Assembly: GCA_951406725.2 (NCBI GenBank)
Contig: OX597829.1
Span: 44,330,001-44,394,000 of the forward strand
Reading direction: 5' to 3'
From: Octopus vulgaris
Taxonomy: Eukaryota
Length of the DNA: 64,000 bases
The notes below the pieces were generated by a model. The model had not been told where the DNA came from. It ran no database searches and saw nothing but the letters and a program-made list of their open reading frames with translations. The position numbers and the translations under genes were made by a program. How positions within the stretch are numbered: the first letter of the stretch is position 1; the number at the start of each line of letters is the position of its first letter. Positions 45,768 through 58,525 of the stretch are shown piece after piece.

Positions 45768-46634
45768 TACCATCGTCATCGTGATCGTCGTCATCATTGT
45801 CGTCACCATCAACCCAACAAACACCACTATCACCAGCACCACCACCATAATTACCCTTATACAAAACTCCATGCCTCTCAGCCTCCTCATCCTTATCCTG
45901 CTTCTTATCATCAGTATCATCATCATCATCATCATCATCTTCATCATGATTATCATTATCATCGTAATGATTATCATTATCATCGTCATCATCGTTGTCA
46001 TCATCATCATCATCATCGTCATCTTTATCACCATTATCATTATCATCATCATCAAAGTCGTTGTGGTTGTCGTCTTCATCATCATCATCATCATCATCAG
46101 CATCATTACCATCAGTCATGCGGTAGTGGCGGTGGTGGTGGACGGGGAGGGGGAAGTCATAGGCGTCGTCGTCGGCGTCGTCGTCGTAGACTTCTTTGCG
46201 GTCGTCGCCATTCGTCCTCGCCGAAGCCGTTGTCAATGACGTCGACGATGTGGTTTGTTGTCGTTGCTGTTGGCGTTGTTGCTGTAGTCCCCTTTTTCTT
46301 TAATGTCATCCTGCACATGCGTGCATGCATACATGTGCACAGACAAACACACACACACACACAAACACACATGAATACACATTCACAACCATTCTTCTTT
46401 TTTTTTTTTTTTCGTTTTTCTTGTTTGGTTTTTCACTTGGTTTCTTTCCTTTTTTTTCTGTTTTCTTTTTTTTTTTTGTGTTTTCGTTTCGAAAAAATTG
46501 CCGCCTCTGGTGAGCGAACTAGTAGAAGCGGTGGCAGTAAATATTCCAGTAAGTACAATAAGCGGTGGTTGCAGACAGAGGATGAGCGGAAGTGCAGAAG
46601 AAAGAGGATCGTTTCTGGAATAGAAACAAAAAAC

Positions 46635-47150
46635 GTTGTTGTTGTTGTTGTTGGAGGTGGTGGTGGTGGTGGTGGTGGTGGTGGTGGTGGTGGTGGTGGT
46701 GGTGGTGGTGGTGGTGGTGGTGGTGGTGGTGGTGGTGGTGGTGGCTGCAGTGGTGGCGGTGGTGGTAGTGATGAAGAAGTGGAGAAGATGATGATGAAGA
46801 GGAAGAAGAAGAAGAAGAAAAAGAAGTGGAGGAGGAGGAAGAAGAAGATGAAGAAGAAGGAGAAGGAGGAGAGAAGAAGAAGAAGAAGAAGATGAAGAAG
46901 AAGAAGTGGAGGAGGAAGAAGAAGAAGAAGAAGAAGATGAAGAAGGAGAAAGAGAAGAAGAAGAAGAAGAAGAAGAAGTGGAGGAGGAGGAAGGAGAAGA
47001 AGAAGAAGAAGAAGAAGTGGAGGATAGGAAGAAGAAGAAGAAGAAGAAGAAGAAGAAGAAGAAGAAGAGGTAGAGGAGGAGGAAGAAGAAGAAGAAGAAG
47101 AAGAAGAAGAAGAAGAAGAAGAAGAAGAAGAAGAAGAAGAAGAAGAAGAA
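46635..47150. repeat. (GGT)n and (GAA/GGA)n tracts
   Basis: Directly visible. Confidence 0.95.
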
Positions 47151-48102
47151 GCGGCGTTGAATTCTATGGGGAAAGTAGCTGAGGTAAATTGCAGAAGAAG
47201 CTGAAGAAAAGGAGATTTAGGCGGACAAGAAAGAGTAAAGAGTGGAAATGGAGAGCACGCAGCCACTTGATTGGCCGTCGTGGGATGGAAGGGGGGCGGG
47301 GAGTGAAGGATGATTCTTACCCCTTATTTCTGTTTGTTTGTTGTTTTTTTTTGGGGGGGGGGGGAAGAAGCTGGATGTGCGGTTAGTTGGTTGGTTGGTT
47401 GGCTGGATGGTTGGTTGGTTTGCTTTGCTTTGCTTTAGTTTCGTTTCGTTTCGTTTCGTTTCGTTGGTTGGGTTGGTTGGTTGGATGGTTGTTTGGACCG
47501 CCGATCGGACGATTCGGTGACGGGGGGTGTGTCCGGCAATCCTTCTTAACAAGCAAGCAAGCAAGAAGAAGAAGAAGATATATAGCAAAAAAAAGGGGGG
47601 GAAATTAGTGAGAATTAACGATGAAACAAAGTCATCTTCATTTCCCGCCAAAAAAAACGCCTCCCATCTCCCACTTCTCGTCTAATCTCGCCGGACGCCG
47701 ACAGGAAAATCCCAATTTTTGTGTTCAAGCTCCGGTCATTTTTAGTTTCGTTCAGAAACCGGTTTTTACAAAGATAATTTCCTGCTCGCCATCCAACACA
47801 CCAGTTTTCATTTCCGGGACATTTTCTCCTTAAATAGAAGAAGGAGGTTGAGAAAATAACTATCTTATATGTCTGCTGTTGTTGTTGTTTTCGTTTGTTG
47901 TAGTAGTTTTAGTTGTTATTGTTGTTTTTGGGATATTTTGCTTTGCTTTTGTTTTGTTTTGTGTTGTTTTGTTTTTTGCTTTTTTCTGCTTTCCTTTTTT
48001 TTTCATCAAACATTTTTTTTTTCTATTACATATTTTCTTATTTTTATTTGTTTATTTATTTAATGCAGGATGGGGGGGGGGGGAAGGAATTAAACAAACA
48101 AA

Positions 48103-48145
<43 letters not shown>

Positions 48146-48459
48146 AATGAGAATGGAATAAAAAAAAAAAAGCTAAAAAAAAGATGGCTGGAAACAAGAA
48201 GCATTGATGCTTAAGTGACAAATGAGAGATACACGGTCTGATAGATCGATTTTGGAAACGGGGTGGAGTCCAAGCCATTTGATAGGGGGGGGAAGTAGGT
48301 TGGTGACGATTAGGCGAAGAATTCAGAAGAAGCGGGGGGGGGAGGGAGAACAAGATGAAAAGGGAGATAACAGGACAAAGAGAAGCGTCACAGACTGGTA
48401 GATATACTGGGTAGGGGGGGGGTAAGTAGAGGCAGGGAGGCAAGCTGGACATACAGCTG

Positions 48460-49426
48460 TATGGATGTATGTATGCGTGTGTGGGTGTGTGTATGTGTGT
48501 GTGAGGGGTGTAAGTATATGTATGTATATGCATGGATGTATCTATATATGCAGCTATGTATGTATCAATGTATGTATGTATGTATGTATATATGTATGTA
48601 TGTATGCATGCGTGCATGTATGTATGTTTGAATGTATGTATGCATGTATGTATGTGTAGGTGTGAGTGTATATATGTATGTATATGCATGCAGGAATATA
48701 TGTATGTATGTGTGTATATATGTATGTATGCATGTATGTATGTATATATGTATGTATACATGTATGTATGCATTTATATTTGTATGTATGTATGCATCTA
48801 TGTTTGTATGTATGTTTGAATGCATGTATGTATGTACACTTGTATGCATATATGTTTGTATGTATGCATGTATGTATGGATGTGTGTGTGTTTGTATGAG
48901 CCTGTGTGTGTATGCATGTTTGTATGTATGCGTGTATGTGTGTATGCATGTATGTATGTATGCGTGTGTGTATGCATGTATGTATATGCATGTGTATGTA
49001 TGTGTGTGTATGTATGCTTTTATGTATGTATACACGCATGTGTGCATGCATATATGTGTATATGTCTACATGTATGTCTTATGTGTGTAATGTGCATTAT
49101 GAATGTGTGTAGGTATGTATGCATGCATGTATGAATGTATGTACATATGTATGTGTGCATGCATGTGTATATTTATGCGTGCATGTATGTTTGTATTATG
49201 TATGTAATATATGAATGTACGTATCTATGTGTGCATGTATGTATACATGTGCATGTATGTATAACTGTATGTATATATGTATGTATACATGTACGTACGT
49301 ATGTACGTGTGCATGCATATATGTTTTTATGTATGCATGTATATGTAATGTATGTAATTATGAATGTATATATGCATGTATGACAAATAGATAGATAGAT
49401 AGATAGATAGATAGATGGATAGAAAT

Positions 49427-49461
<35 letters not shown>

Positions 49462-49508
49462 CATGGATGGATAGATAGATAGATAGACAGACACACTGAC
49501 AGACAGAC

Positions 49509-49576
<68 letters not shown>

Positions 49577-50010
49577 GGATGGATGGATGGATAGCTAGAT
49601 AGCTAGATAGACAGACAGGTAGATAGACAGACAGACAGATAGACAGGCAGACAGACAGATAGACGGATGGATAGATAGAGAGCTAGATAGACAGACAGGT
49701 AGATAGACAGACAGACAGATAGACAGGCAGACAGACAGATAGATGGATGGATAGCTAGATAGCTAGATAGACAGACAGGTAGATAGACAGACAGACAGAT
49801 AGACAGGCAGACAGACAGATAGACGGATGGATAGATAGACAGGTTGACAGAGAGATAGACAGACAGACAGGCAGATAGACAGACAGATGGATTGATAGAT
49901 AGATAGACAGACAGACAGAGATGGATGGATGGATGGATGGACGGATGGATTGGATGGATGGATGGGTGTGTGGGTGGATGGATAGATGGGTGGGTGGATG
50001 GATAGATAGA
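48460..50010. repeat. Degenerate (TATG)n followed by (GATA/GACA/GATG)n tetranucleotide arrays
   Basis: Directly visible. Confidence 0.95.
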
Positions 50011-50644
50011 GGAATAGAGGTATTGATACAAGGATGGTCAAAGAGACAAACAGACAAACAGACAAATAGATAGATTTGAGAGAAAGGGAAAGAAAGAGAC
50101 AAGAAAGGAGGGAGAAAGAGAGAGAGAGAAAGTAGGTTAGCTACAATGAAAGTTTTTCCCAACAAAAAGAAACTATCGAATGGAAAGATTTTCAAGGTGT
50201 ATAAGGCAATGTTTGAGAGAAAGAGAGAGAGGAGGAGGAGAGAAAAAAGAGAGGGAAAGAAAGAGAATATGAGGGAGAGGGGGGTGGAATAAAGGTAAAG
50301 GTATAGTATAATAAAGGCAATGTAAAGGACAGCGATAAAAATGAACAATAGATAATTGGTTACCATTATATAATCTAGGAATCTCTTATTTCATTTATTA
50401 ATGAAATTTAGTTAACGGCGATAAATTCATTATTAGTCATATTTGTTGACTTAATTTCTCTATTTATCCATTTAATTATTCTATTTTCTTAGTATGTCTT
50501 GGGGGGATCATTACGCCAATAATAATACCACACGCACATGTTCAATTTCGCTTCTTTACTAGTCAATCAGTTAAATATCACTAACCAACTAAACAATCGA
50601 TTGTTTGTTTAATGTACTGTTTAAAATTAGTCAAAGTCCCTTCG

Positions 50645-51616
50645 TCAATAATATAGGCGATTGCAGGCCCCCCAAAAGCATGAAGGATTAAAATTTATCG
50701 AAGGACACACAAAATATATCTACATTCTGGAAATAACAGCCAAAACTCTTATTTAAATCGCCAAAATACGCTGATGATAACTACAGAAATCAACCGAAGG
50801 CAGATCAGGTTAATTACGATCTCCTAACGTACATTTAAGTTTTTGGACTCATGTGGACCGGTTTCTGTACTGATTCTGTTATTATCAATTTTTAAAATAG
50901 TCCTACTAGATAATAAGTTTCTTTATTGGCCACACAGGGCTGCACACAGATGGGACAAGTTACAAGGTAGAGCTTTTCTTTTGGGAGATGAAAAAAACAA
51001 AAAGCAAAAGAAACAAAAAGGTGGCGTAGGTTTTCGATCAAAAGGGATCGTAAAAGGGAAAAAGAAGAACAAAAAAAAATTAAAATTAAAAAATAGCAAA
51101 ATTAATATCTTACCAAATTAATTTTTCATGAATTATTTTTCTCGTGAATTGCTTGCCCTTGTATCGAGAGTATTTCCTCACTGGTGGCTGTAATTGATTT
51201 CGGGGCAAAATGTATCAGTTGCGGCGCAGACTTCAAAACGATAGGTTGGGTTTCTCCATCATAGTAACGCGTGCTGAAAAAGCTAAGGCGATTTTCTGTC
51301 AGTGCAGAAACCGGTCCACGTGAATCCAAAAACTTACATGTACGTTAGGAGATCGTAATTAACCTGATCTGCTTTCAGTTGATTTCTGTAGTTATCTTCA
51401 GTGTATTTTTGGCGATTTAAATAAGAGTTTTGGCTGTTATTTCCAGCAGGTAGACATACCTAGTATGTCCTTTGATTAATTTTAATCCTTCATCTATTTA
51501 ATGCATTTCTGGTCCTGCAATCGCCTATAGTATTGATTCTGTCATTATCACTTTTAAATAATCGTACAAGATAATAGCAAAATTAATATCTTAGCAAGTT
51601 AATTTTTCGGGAATTA
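50645..51616 (+). mobile_element. Penelope-like non-coding element: inverted partial repeat, ~475 bp unit and partial tandem repeat, with a degenerate hammerhead
   Basis: 50645-50873 is the inverted copy of ~51299-51536. 50873-50903 plus 51092-51135 recur directly at 51536-51616. Hammerhead-like CGTG-CTGAAAA..GAAA-CCGG-T-C-CACG at ~51270-51320. Confidence 0.65.
50904..51091 (-). mobile_element. Putative LINE 3' tail (same family as 25440-25747) inserted in the Penelope-like element
   Basis: tttctttattggccacacagggctgcacacagat..ttacaaggtagagc..cgatcaaaagggatcgtaaaag is the reverse complement of ~25615-25747. Confidence 0.7.
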
Positions 51617-51620
51617 GATG

Positions 51621-51820
51621 GTTAGCTCCTACACGCATTTTTTTTTCTCTCCTTGTTACTCTCCTTGTTTTTTTTTTTCTGTGTATCTTTCTGTCGAAGA
51701 ACGTAGGCTCGAAATGTAAAAGACTTGTTTTATTTCTATTCCTGAGTGCCATACTAATACATTTGTTTATTGGTATTCCACCTGCCTTCGTCTTTTGTTT
51801 ATTTTCGTAAACCTTCCCGT
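51621..51820 (+). mobile_element. Penelope-like pLTR fragment (family P1), third copy
   Basis: Similar to ~735-931; ends near (TA)n. Confidence 0.65.
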
Positions 51821-52723
51821 TAAATATATATATATAGGACAGTGTCTCACATTACAATAGAGATGTAATACTGAAATAGTGTAAGAGATAAGGGTTTGCA
51901 TTAGCAAGAAGTTGGAAATATTTTTGGCCCATGACACTGCATGGACCTTAGCTTTTGTATTTGACGCCTGTTGCTTTAATTACTTTATTCCGATTTTATG
52001 TACATGGCAGCTAGACCTTGTAGAAATAGCAGCCAAATCTCCCTCAAAGTACCCTACTGTCTTAATCCGACAATTCTGCCTATTATGTAGTTTGAATGAG
52101 AAACTGTTACTAAAGATTAAGATTATTAACCTCAAAATTTTACACGTTTTAATAGCAATCAATTTTTTCTCTTTTTTGTTTGCCACGTAGATTTTCATGT
52201 CAGCTGTAAAGGTGAAGAGGGTTAACTTGGACGACGTTAAGTAGTGGAGATGTTTGGTGATTCTATGTGGTGGTTACTTTTGACCATTTCTTCTCAATAA
52301 GGATTATTGATTGATAACGAATTTTAACACAGTATATATTCAACTTCAAGTGGAATTGGACGTCATAAGAGAGACAGCATAGCGTCGGTTTTGGCTGACT
52401 ATCATCCTGTACTCTTCTTGTTGCTAGCGAAATGGTATATGCCGACTGACTGAGCAACTGGTTGCTTTTAATGGCAGAAGAGACAGGACAAAAAGATTAC
52501 AAATATAGCGATTCCCACTTTGAAACTAACAATTTTGAAAATCTTTTTAAATTATGGGACGCCCCGCTTTCTCGTGTATCCATGTTTAAAATATCAGCGC
52601 GATCGGACGAACAATACTCGAGTTATAAGCTTACAAACAGACAGACAAAATGGATTTTATATATTAAAATAAATAAATAATATATATATATATTTATATA
52701 TGTATATGTATACACACATACAT

Positions 52724-52786
<63 letters not shown>

Positions 52787-52794
52787 TATATATG

Positions 52795-52905
<111 letters not shown>

Positions 52906-53078
52906 GGTACGAGGAAGGAAGAAAGAAAGAAAAGCGCAAAAGAAAAAAGAGAGAAAGAAAGAAAACTAGAAGGAAAAAAGAAAGTAAAAACAGAGAGAAA
53001 GAAGAGAAAAGGAAGACACAAAAGAATAAAATGGAAGAAAACGGAAAGAAAGAAAGAAAGGAAGAAAGAAAGATAGAC

Positions 53079-53125
<47 letters not shown>

Positions 53126-53514
53126 AGGAGACATACAAACAAACCAACAAACAAACCGAGATGATCACAGCTGGAATGCTTTCCATCATTGGTATGCTCG
53201 ATCAGGGCCAACCTGCGGCAAGAAGACAAGGATTACAACAACAACAACAACAATAATAGGAAACGTTTCATGAATAGAAGTAAGCAAATATGGCGGAAAA
53301 GACAAAAGCGGGTTAACTGTGTTGTGCCGTAAAACAGGAAATAAGCTTGTTCTTGGCGAACGAGGGGACCGATAAGGTTTCTAGATCCTTGGTTATAGTA
53401 GTTTCGTTTCACTCTTTGCTAACGACTGCTAATATCAAAAATCATCGAAGGCTCCATTTCTTATACGTCTTCCTCCTCCTCCTCCTGTTATTATTATTAT
53501 TATTATTGGTAGTT

Positions 53515-53583
<69 letters not shown>

Positions 53584-53675
53584 ATAATATATTATTTTTA
53601 TTATTATTATTATTACTATTACTACTAATGATAATGATAATAATAGTAATAATGAAAATAATAATAATAATAATG

Positions 53676-53774
<99 letters not shown>

Positions 53775-54398
53775 TGGATTGACTATAAAAAGGCCTTCGA
53801 CAGTATACCGCATCCATGGATCTTGAGATCGCTGGACATCTTCAAAATTTCCCCTGTGATTTCAAACTTCCTGAAGCACAATATGTCGTTGTGGAATACG
53901 AATCTCCAATTATACCACTCTAATGGAGTACTTGCCTCAGAAAATATAAACATCAACTGTGGAATTTTTCAAGGTGACTCACTTTCACCTTTAATATTCT
54001 GCCTAGCCCTAATACCCCTTACAAGTGAATTAAACAGAACAGGGTATGGGTATAAAATTGCCAATAAAAAAATAAGCCATTTATTTTATATGGATGACTT
54101 AAAACTTTATGGTAAAGACAATAATGAACTTGAAGGCCTATTGCGCACCGTGAAATCATTCAGCGATGACATCGGGATGGAGTTTGGACTTGAGAAGTGT
54201 GCCAAGGCCACTTTCCAGAAAGGGAAAGTGAAGACCACAAATTCAGTCGTGTTAGATGTTGACACAGTCATAAGAGAGCTTGAGCAAGAACAAACATACA
54301 AATATTTAGGGATAAATGAAGGCTCTGGTATTCAGCATGCAAGCATGAAAGAGAAAATCAGGAAGGAATGTTATAGGAGAGTTCGTGCAGTCCTGAAA

Positions 54399-54783
54399 TC
54401 TCTCTCTATATAAACGGCAGTTTGTCTGTGCATTTTCTGTGTGTCTGTTTTCTCGTACCCTCACTCTGACCACGGCTTTCAACCGATTCTGATGAAACTT
54501 GACACACACATAGCCCAATGTCATAATTCAAAACTAACGCAGCGAAAATTTTGAAAAGTTCCCCCAGTTCTGAAAAAAATCGATAAATTCGACATGGGGT
54601 CGAGAATCAGAAACCCAAACCACAGACCGTCTAGGGGACGCAACTCCACCTTTTTTAACTCTCAAAAAAAAATTTACCATCATTTTTTTTCCATTTTTTT
54701 GCTATTTTTTGGCTATAACTCTCTAAAAATGCTTCATAGTTATTTCCCTTACAAACCTGAGCAACGCCGGGCGATACTGCTAG
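54399..54783 (+). mobile_element. Non-autonomous Helitron-like element
   Basis: Begins TC, ends CTAG, has a subterminal hairpin cctgagcaacgccggg, and sits between A and T with no TSD. Removing it restores the LINE frame VLK|SELNARNKVLAIN. Confidence 0.85.
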
Positions 54784-55069
54784 TCTGAACTAAATGCACG
54801 TAACAAGGTGTTAGCTATAAATTCACTAGCAGTTCCAGTTGTTACTTATAGCTACAATGTGTTGAACTGGAATATGAGTGAAGTAAAGAATATAGATAGA
54901 AAAATACGCAAGCTGCTGAGTTGTAATAGGATGCACCACCCAAAGGCAGACGTAGATCGCCTTTACCTTTCCCAGAGCCCAAGGAGGTCGAGGCCTGATC
55001 CAATTTGAACTAGCTTACAAAACAACCACAATTGGACTGGCCAAATATCTCGAAATATCGAATGACTGG

Positions 55070-56026
55070 ATGCTAAAGCTCGTGGCAAATCACGAGAGAC
55101 GAAAGAAGCTTCATTCTATCATCAAGGAAAGCAAAAAATTTGCTATTGATCTCGTGCAGGATACCCAAACTGAACAACCCGAGGGAAGTACGGCAACTAT
55201 TGCTGCAAAGAAGGTGAAAATGATGGCAATGAAAAAAGCGCACGAGCAATTGGCTGATAGGTGGGAGGAGAAACCTCTGCACGGCAAATATGTGACCCGC
55301 AGCAAACAAGCTGATGTTGACCAGAAGCAAACCCATCAGTGGCTGCGGAGCTCAGGGCTAAAAGCAGAGAGCGAAGGTTTCATCCTGGCTGCTCAAGACC
55401 AAAGCCTATCAACCCGGAACTACCAGGCCAATGTGATGAAAAATGGAGCAGACCCAAAATGCCGATTCTGCAACGACATGATTGAAACAGTGGACCACCT
55501 AATCTCTGGATGTAAAGTCTTAGCACCAGTGGAGTATAAATTAAGACATGACAGAGTTGGCCAATATCTCCACTGGCTAATAAGTCGGCATTACAATATC
55601 AAAACTGCCGACAAGTGGTATAATCACCACCCTGAGGCTGTAACTGAAGGAGAAAATGTAACCATTCTGTGGGACTTTCCAGTACATACAGACCGAACCA
55701 TCAAGGCCAATAAACCAGATATTGTTGTGAAAGACCAAAACAATAAAATTTGCTTATTGATCGACATGAGCATCCCCTGTGATCATAATATCTCAGCGAA
55801 AGAGTTTGACAAGCTCAGAAAATATAAAGACCTACTCATTGAAATTGAGAAAATGTGGCATCTCAAGGCGGTTACAATACCAGTGATCGTAGGAGCACTA
55901 GGAATGATCAAGAAGGGAACCGAAAATTATATGAGAATGATCCCTGGCTTACCATCCCTGCAAGAAGTGCAAAAGATTGTCTTAACTGGTACATCACACG
56001 TATTGAGAAGAGCATTGTCGATGTGA
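55070..56026 (+). pseudogene. Open C-terminal part of the R4/Dong retrotransposon ORF (zinc knuckle and RLE endonuclease)
   Basis: 318 aa ORF with CCHC and PD..D-type endonuclease motifs; part of a truncated, disrupted element. Confidence 0.85.
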
Positions 56027-56194
56027 GAACTGTTGCTGCTCATGCATTTTAATTTAACTTTAAAAAAAAATGAACGAACTACTGAGTTTGGTTTAATGGC
56101 CTACCAATATACACTATGAGTTTCTTTGCCCTAGGAGTCGGGAAGACACTCGGCAAGAAATGGAGGAAAATTTGAAAGAAGAAAAAAAAAAAGA

Positions 56195-56258
<64 letters not shown>

Positions 56259-56284
56259 TGATGATAAATATTTTTATCATATCA

Positions 56285-56490
56285 GGTGGCGACTTGGCAG
56301 AATCGTTAGCACTCCGTGCAAAAGGTGACTTTACATTATGAGTTCAAATTCCACTGAGGTCGACTTTGCCTTTTATCCTTTCTTCCTCTCGGGGTCGATA
56401 AATTAAGTATCACTGAAGCAATGGGGCGTCGATGAAATTGACTAATCCCATCCCTCAAGATTTCAAGCCTTGTACCTTTAGTAGAAAGTA
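56285..56490 (+). mobile_element. SINE family A with tail 2, diverged
   Basis: ggtggcgacttggcagaatcgttagc..gagttcaaattcc..gtcgactttgcc..ccttgtacctttagtagaaag. Confidence 0.75.
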
Positions 56491-56748
56491 TTATCCTCCT
56501 CCTCCTCCTCCACCTCCCCTCCTCCAAACCTCTTGGTTTTCTTTTTCTACTACTCCTCTCCTCCTCCTTTACTTTTCCTTCTCTTGCTCTCCTCCTCCAC
56601 ATCTCCACCATTTCTTCTTCTTTTTCTTCTTCTTCTTCTTCTTCTTCTTCTTCTTCTTCTTCTTCTTCTTCTTTTTCCTCTTCTTCATTGTCTTCCCATC
56701 ATCGTCATCATCATCATCATCATCATCATCACCATCACCATCATCATT

Positions 56749-56839
<91 letters not shown>

Positions 56840-57653
56840 CTCCACCTCTGCCTCCTCCTCTTGTCCTCCTTTTGTCGTTTTTTCCCCACTAACTCCCAAG
56901 AACTCGAAGCTAATGGAGGCAAACATAAACAAACTCTAATACATTGAACCTGTTTGTTCCCCTCTCTCTCTCTCTTTCTTTCCCTCTCGCTCTCCTTTCT
57001 TTCTCTCTCTCCATTCCCCCTCTATCTCTCCTTCTCTTTTTCTTTCTCTCTCTCCCTTTTCTTTTCCCCTATCTCTCTCTCTCTCTCTCTCGTTAATGAC
57101 CAGCAGGGCTTCCGTACAGCCTGATCTACTGGTGTCCTACTCTTCTCCCCCCTCACCCACTAGTAAGTTTTCCCTTAGTGGAATTTAGTAAAAACAATGC
57201 TGTTACACTCACCCCACCACACACACTCACACACACACACATACACACATACACACCTCCCGCTATCAGTAAAGCTTTAGACCGTGTCTAGAATATGGCT
57301 TCTAACAAAATTGCATTCCACTTGTATCCCGTCCTTCATATCGATAAACTCCTATCAAATAGCACAACAGCTGCATGTGATGGCGAACTTCTTTCTGTCC
57401 TCCGTTCCATTAGCATCACCGGGCTACATGGTTCGGCATATCTTCCTCTAATTACCTTCTATACATCAATGACTTGCTTGTCGCAACGTCTAACAATAAC
57501 TACACATTATGCTATCCTTCATTCGTCTGTAACCATCTCAAACTATGTATTACCTATCCACTTGTACCATAAACACCATACACACTGATTTCATCAATAG
57601 AGCCCTTGGAAGCATCCTCCAATATAGTGATACCCGTCTTCATTGTTTTCCTG

Positions 57654-57775
57654 CAGCGGATCGGCGGACCAGCGGATCGGCGGACCAGCGGATCGGCGGA
57701 CCAGCGGAGCGGCGAACCGATGAGCCGGCGAACTGGCGAACCGGCGAGCCGAAGGACCGGCGGACCGGCGGATCG
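57654..57775. repeat. GC-rich minisatellite with 8/16 bp period (cagcggatcggcggac)
   Basis: Three perfect 16-mers followed by degenerate cggcg(g/a)ac octamers. Confidence 0.9.
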
Positions 57776-58249
57776 TCTAGTGTGGCGGCGGGTATATACG
57801 CCATGGTAACCGGGAAACTGTCCCTTATGAGTCGATATGACTTGAGAGGGTAACTTCACCTTTTCCCTTATCTTGATTGTTTCAACAGCTTGTAAACACA
57901 AGCATTATACATTTCAAGAAAACATCGTTACAATATACATCTTTTAATCATGAGCAGCATTCAGTCAGAACCTTCACTTTGGCTTCGGTTACTGAATCTC
58001 ACTATTTCAAATGACATCTTCTGGGGGAAACGCATATTTGACACACTTAAGTCCACATCCCAAAGACTGGCTCTAATCTACGCTTCTTACCAGAAGATAT
58101 TTCAGCTTCAACAATTATTCAATCCATTCTACAGAGCTCAAGTCATGTTCGAAATGTAGCAGTGTCCTCGCACATTGAATAGTGCTGCTTCTGCGCACAG
58201 ATACCCTTGAGGGCGTTTAGGTATGCTATATATATATGTAATCTTTAAT

Positions 58250-58475
58250 CCTTTACTTGCTTTAGTCATTAGGCTATGGCCATGCTGGGACACCACCTTG
58301 AAAAAAAATTTTATGGAATGAATTAACCAGAGTACTTAATATTTTTTTCTTCTTTTTACTAAGCCTGGTACTTATTATATCCGTCTCTTTTGCCGAACAA
58401 GTAAGTTATGGGGACGTAAACACATCAACACCAGTTTCCAAGCGGTAGTGAGAAACAGGCACAAACACAAAATAC
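58250..58475 (-). mobile_element. SINE family B 3' half, diverged
   Basis: ggccatgctgggacaccacc..ctcttttgccgaac..ggggacgtaaacac. Confidence 0.7.
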
Positions 58476-58525
58476 ACACACACATATATACATATATATA
58501 TATATGTATATATATTATATATATA

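Larger units (their letters stand above)
53772..56195 (+). mobile_element. 5'-truncated R4/Dong-clade LINE (RT, CCHC, restriction-like endonuclease, 3' UTR) inserted in (TAA)n
   Basis: RT motifs WIDYKKAFDSIPH, GIFQGDSLSPLIF and HLFYMDDLKLY; CRFC..ETVDHLISGC..RHD; KPDIVV..LIDMSIP..K..KY; stop at 56026; (TAA)n on both sides. Interrupted at 54399-54783 and frameshifted near 54970. Confidence 0.95.

Noticed and set aside
45340-46236. 298 aa Asp/Gly-rich minus-strand ORF
   Set aside because: Non-ATG start, almost wholly (CAT/CAC)n-derived, and the frame is not preserved in the overlapping duplicate; it cannot be supported as a CDS.
57654-57775. Regular short repeats suggestive of a CRISPR array
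   Set aside because: No unique spacers, no cas genes, and a eukaryotic context.
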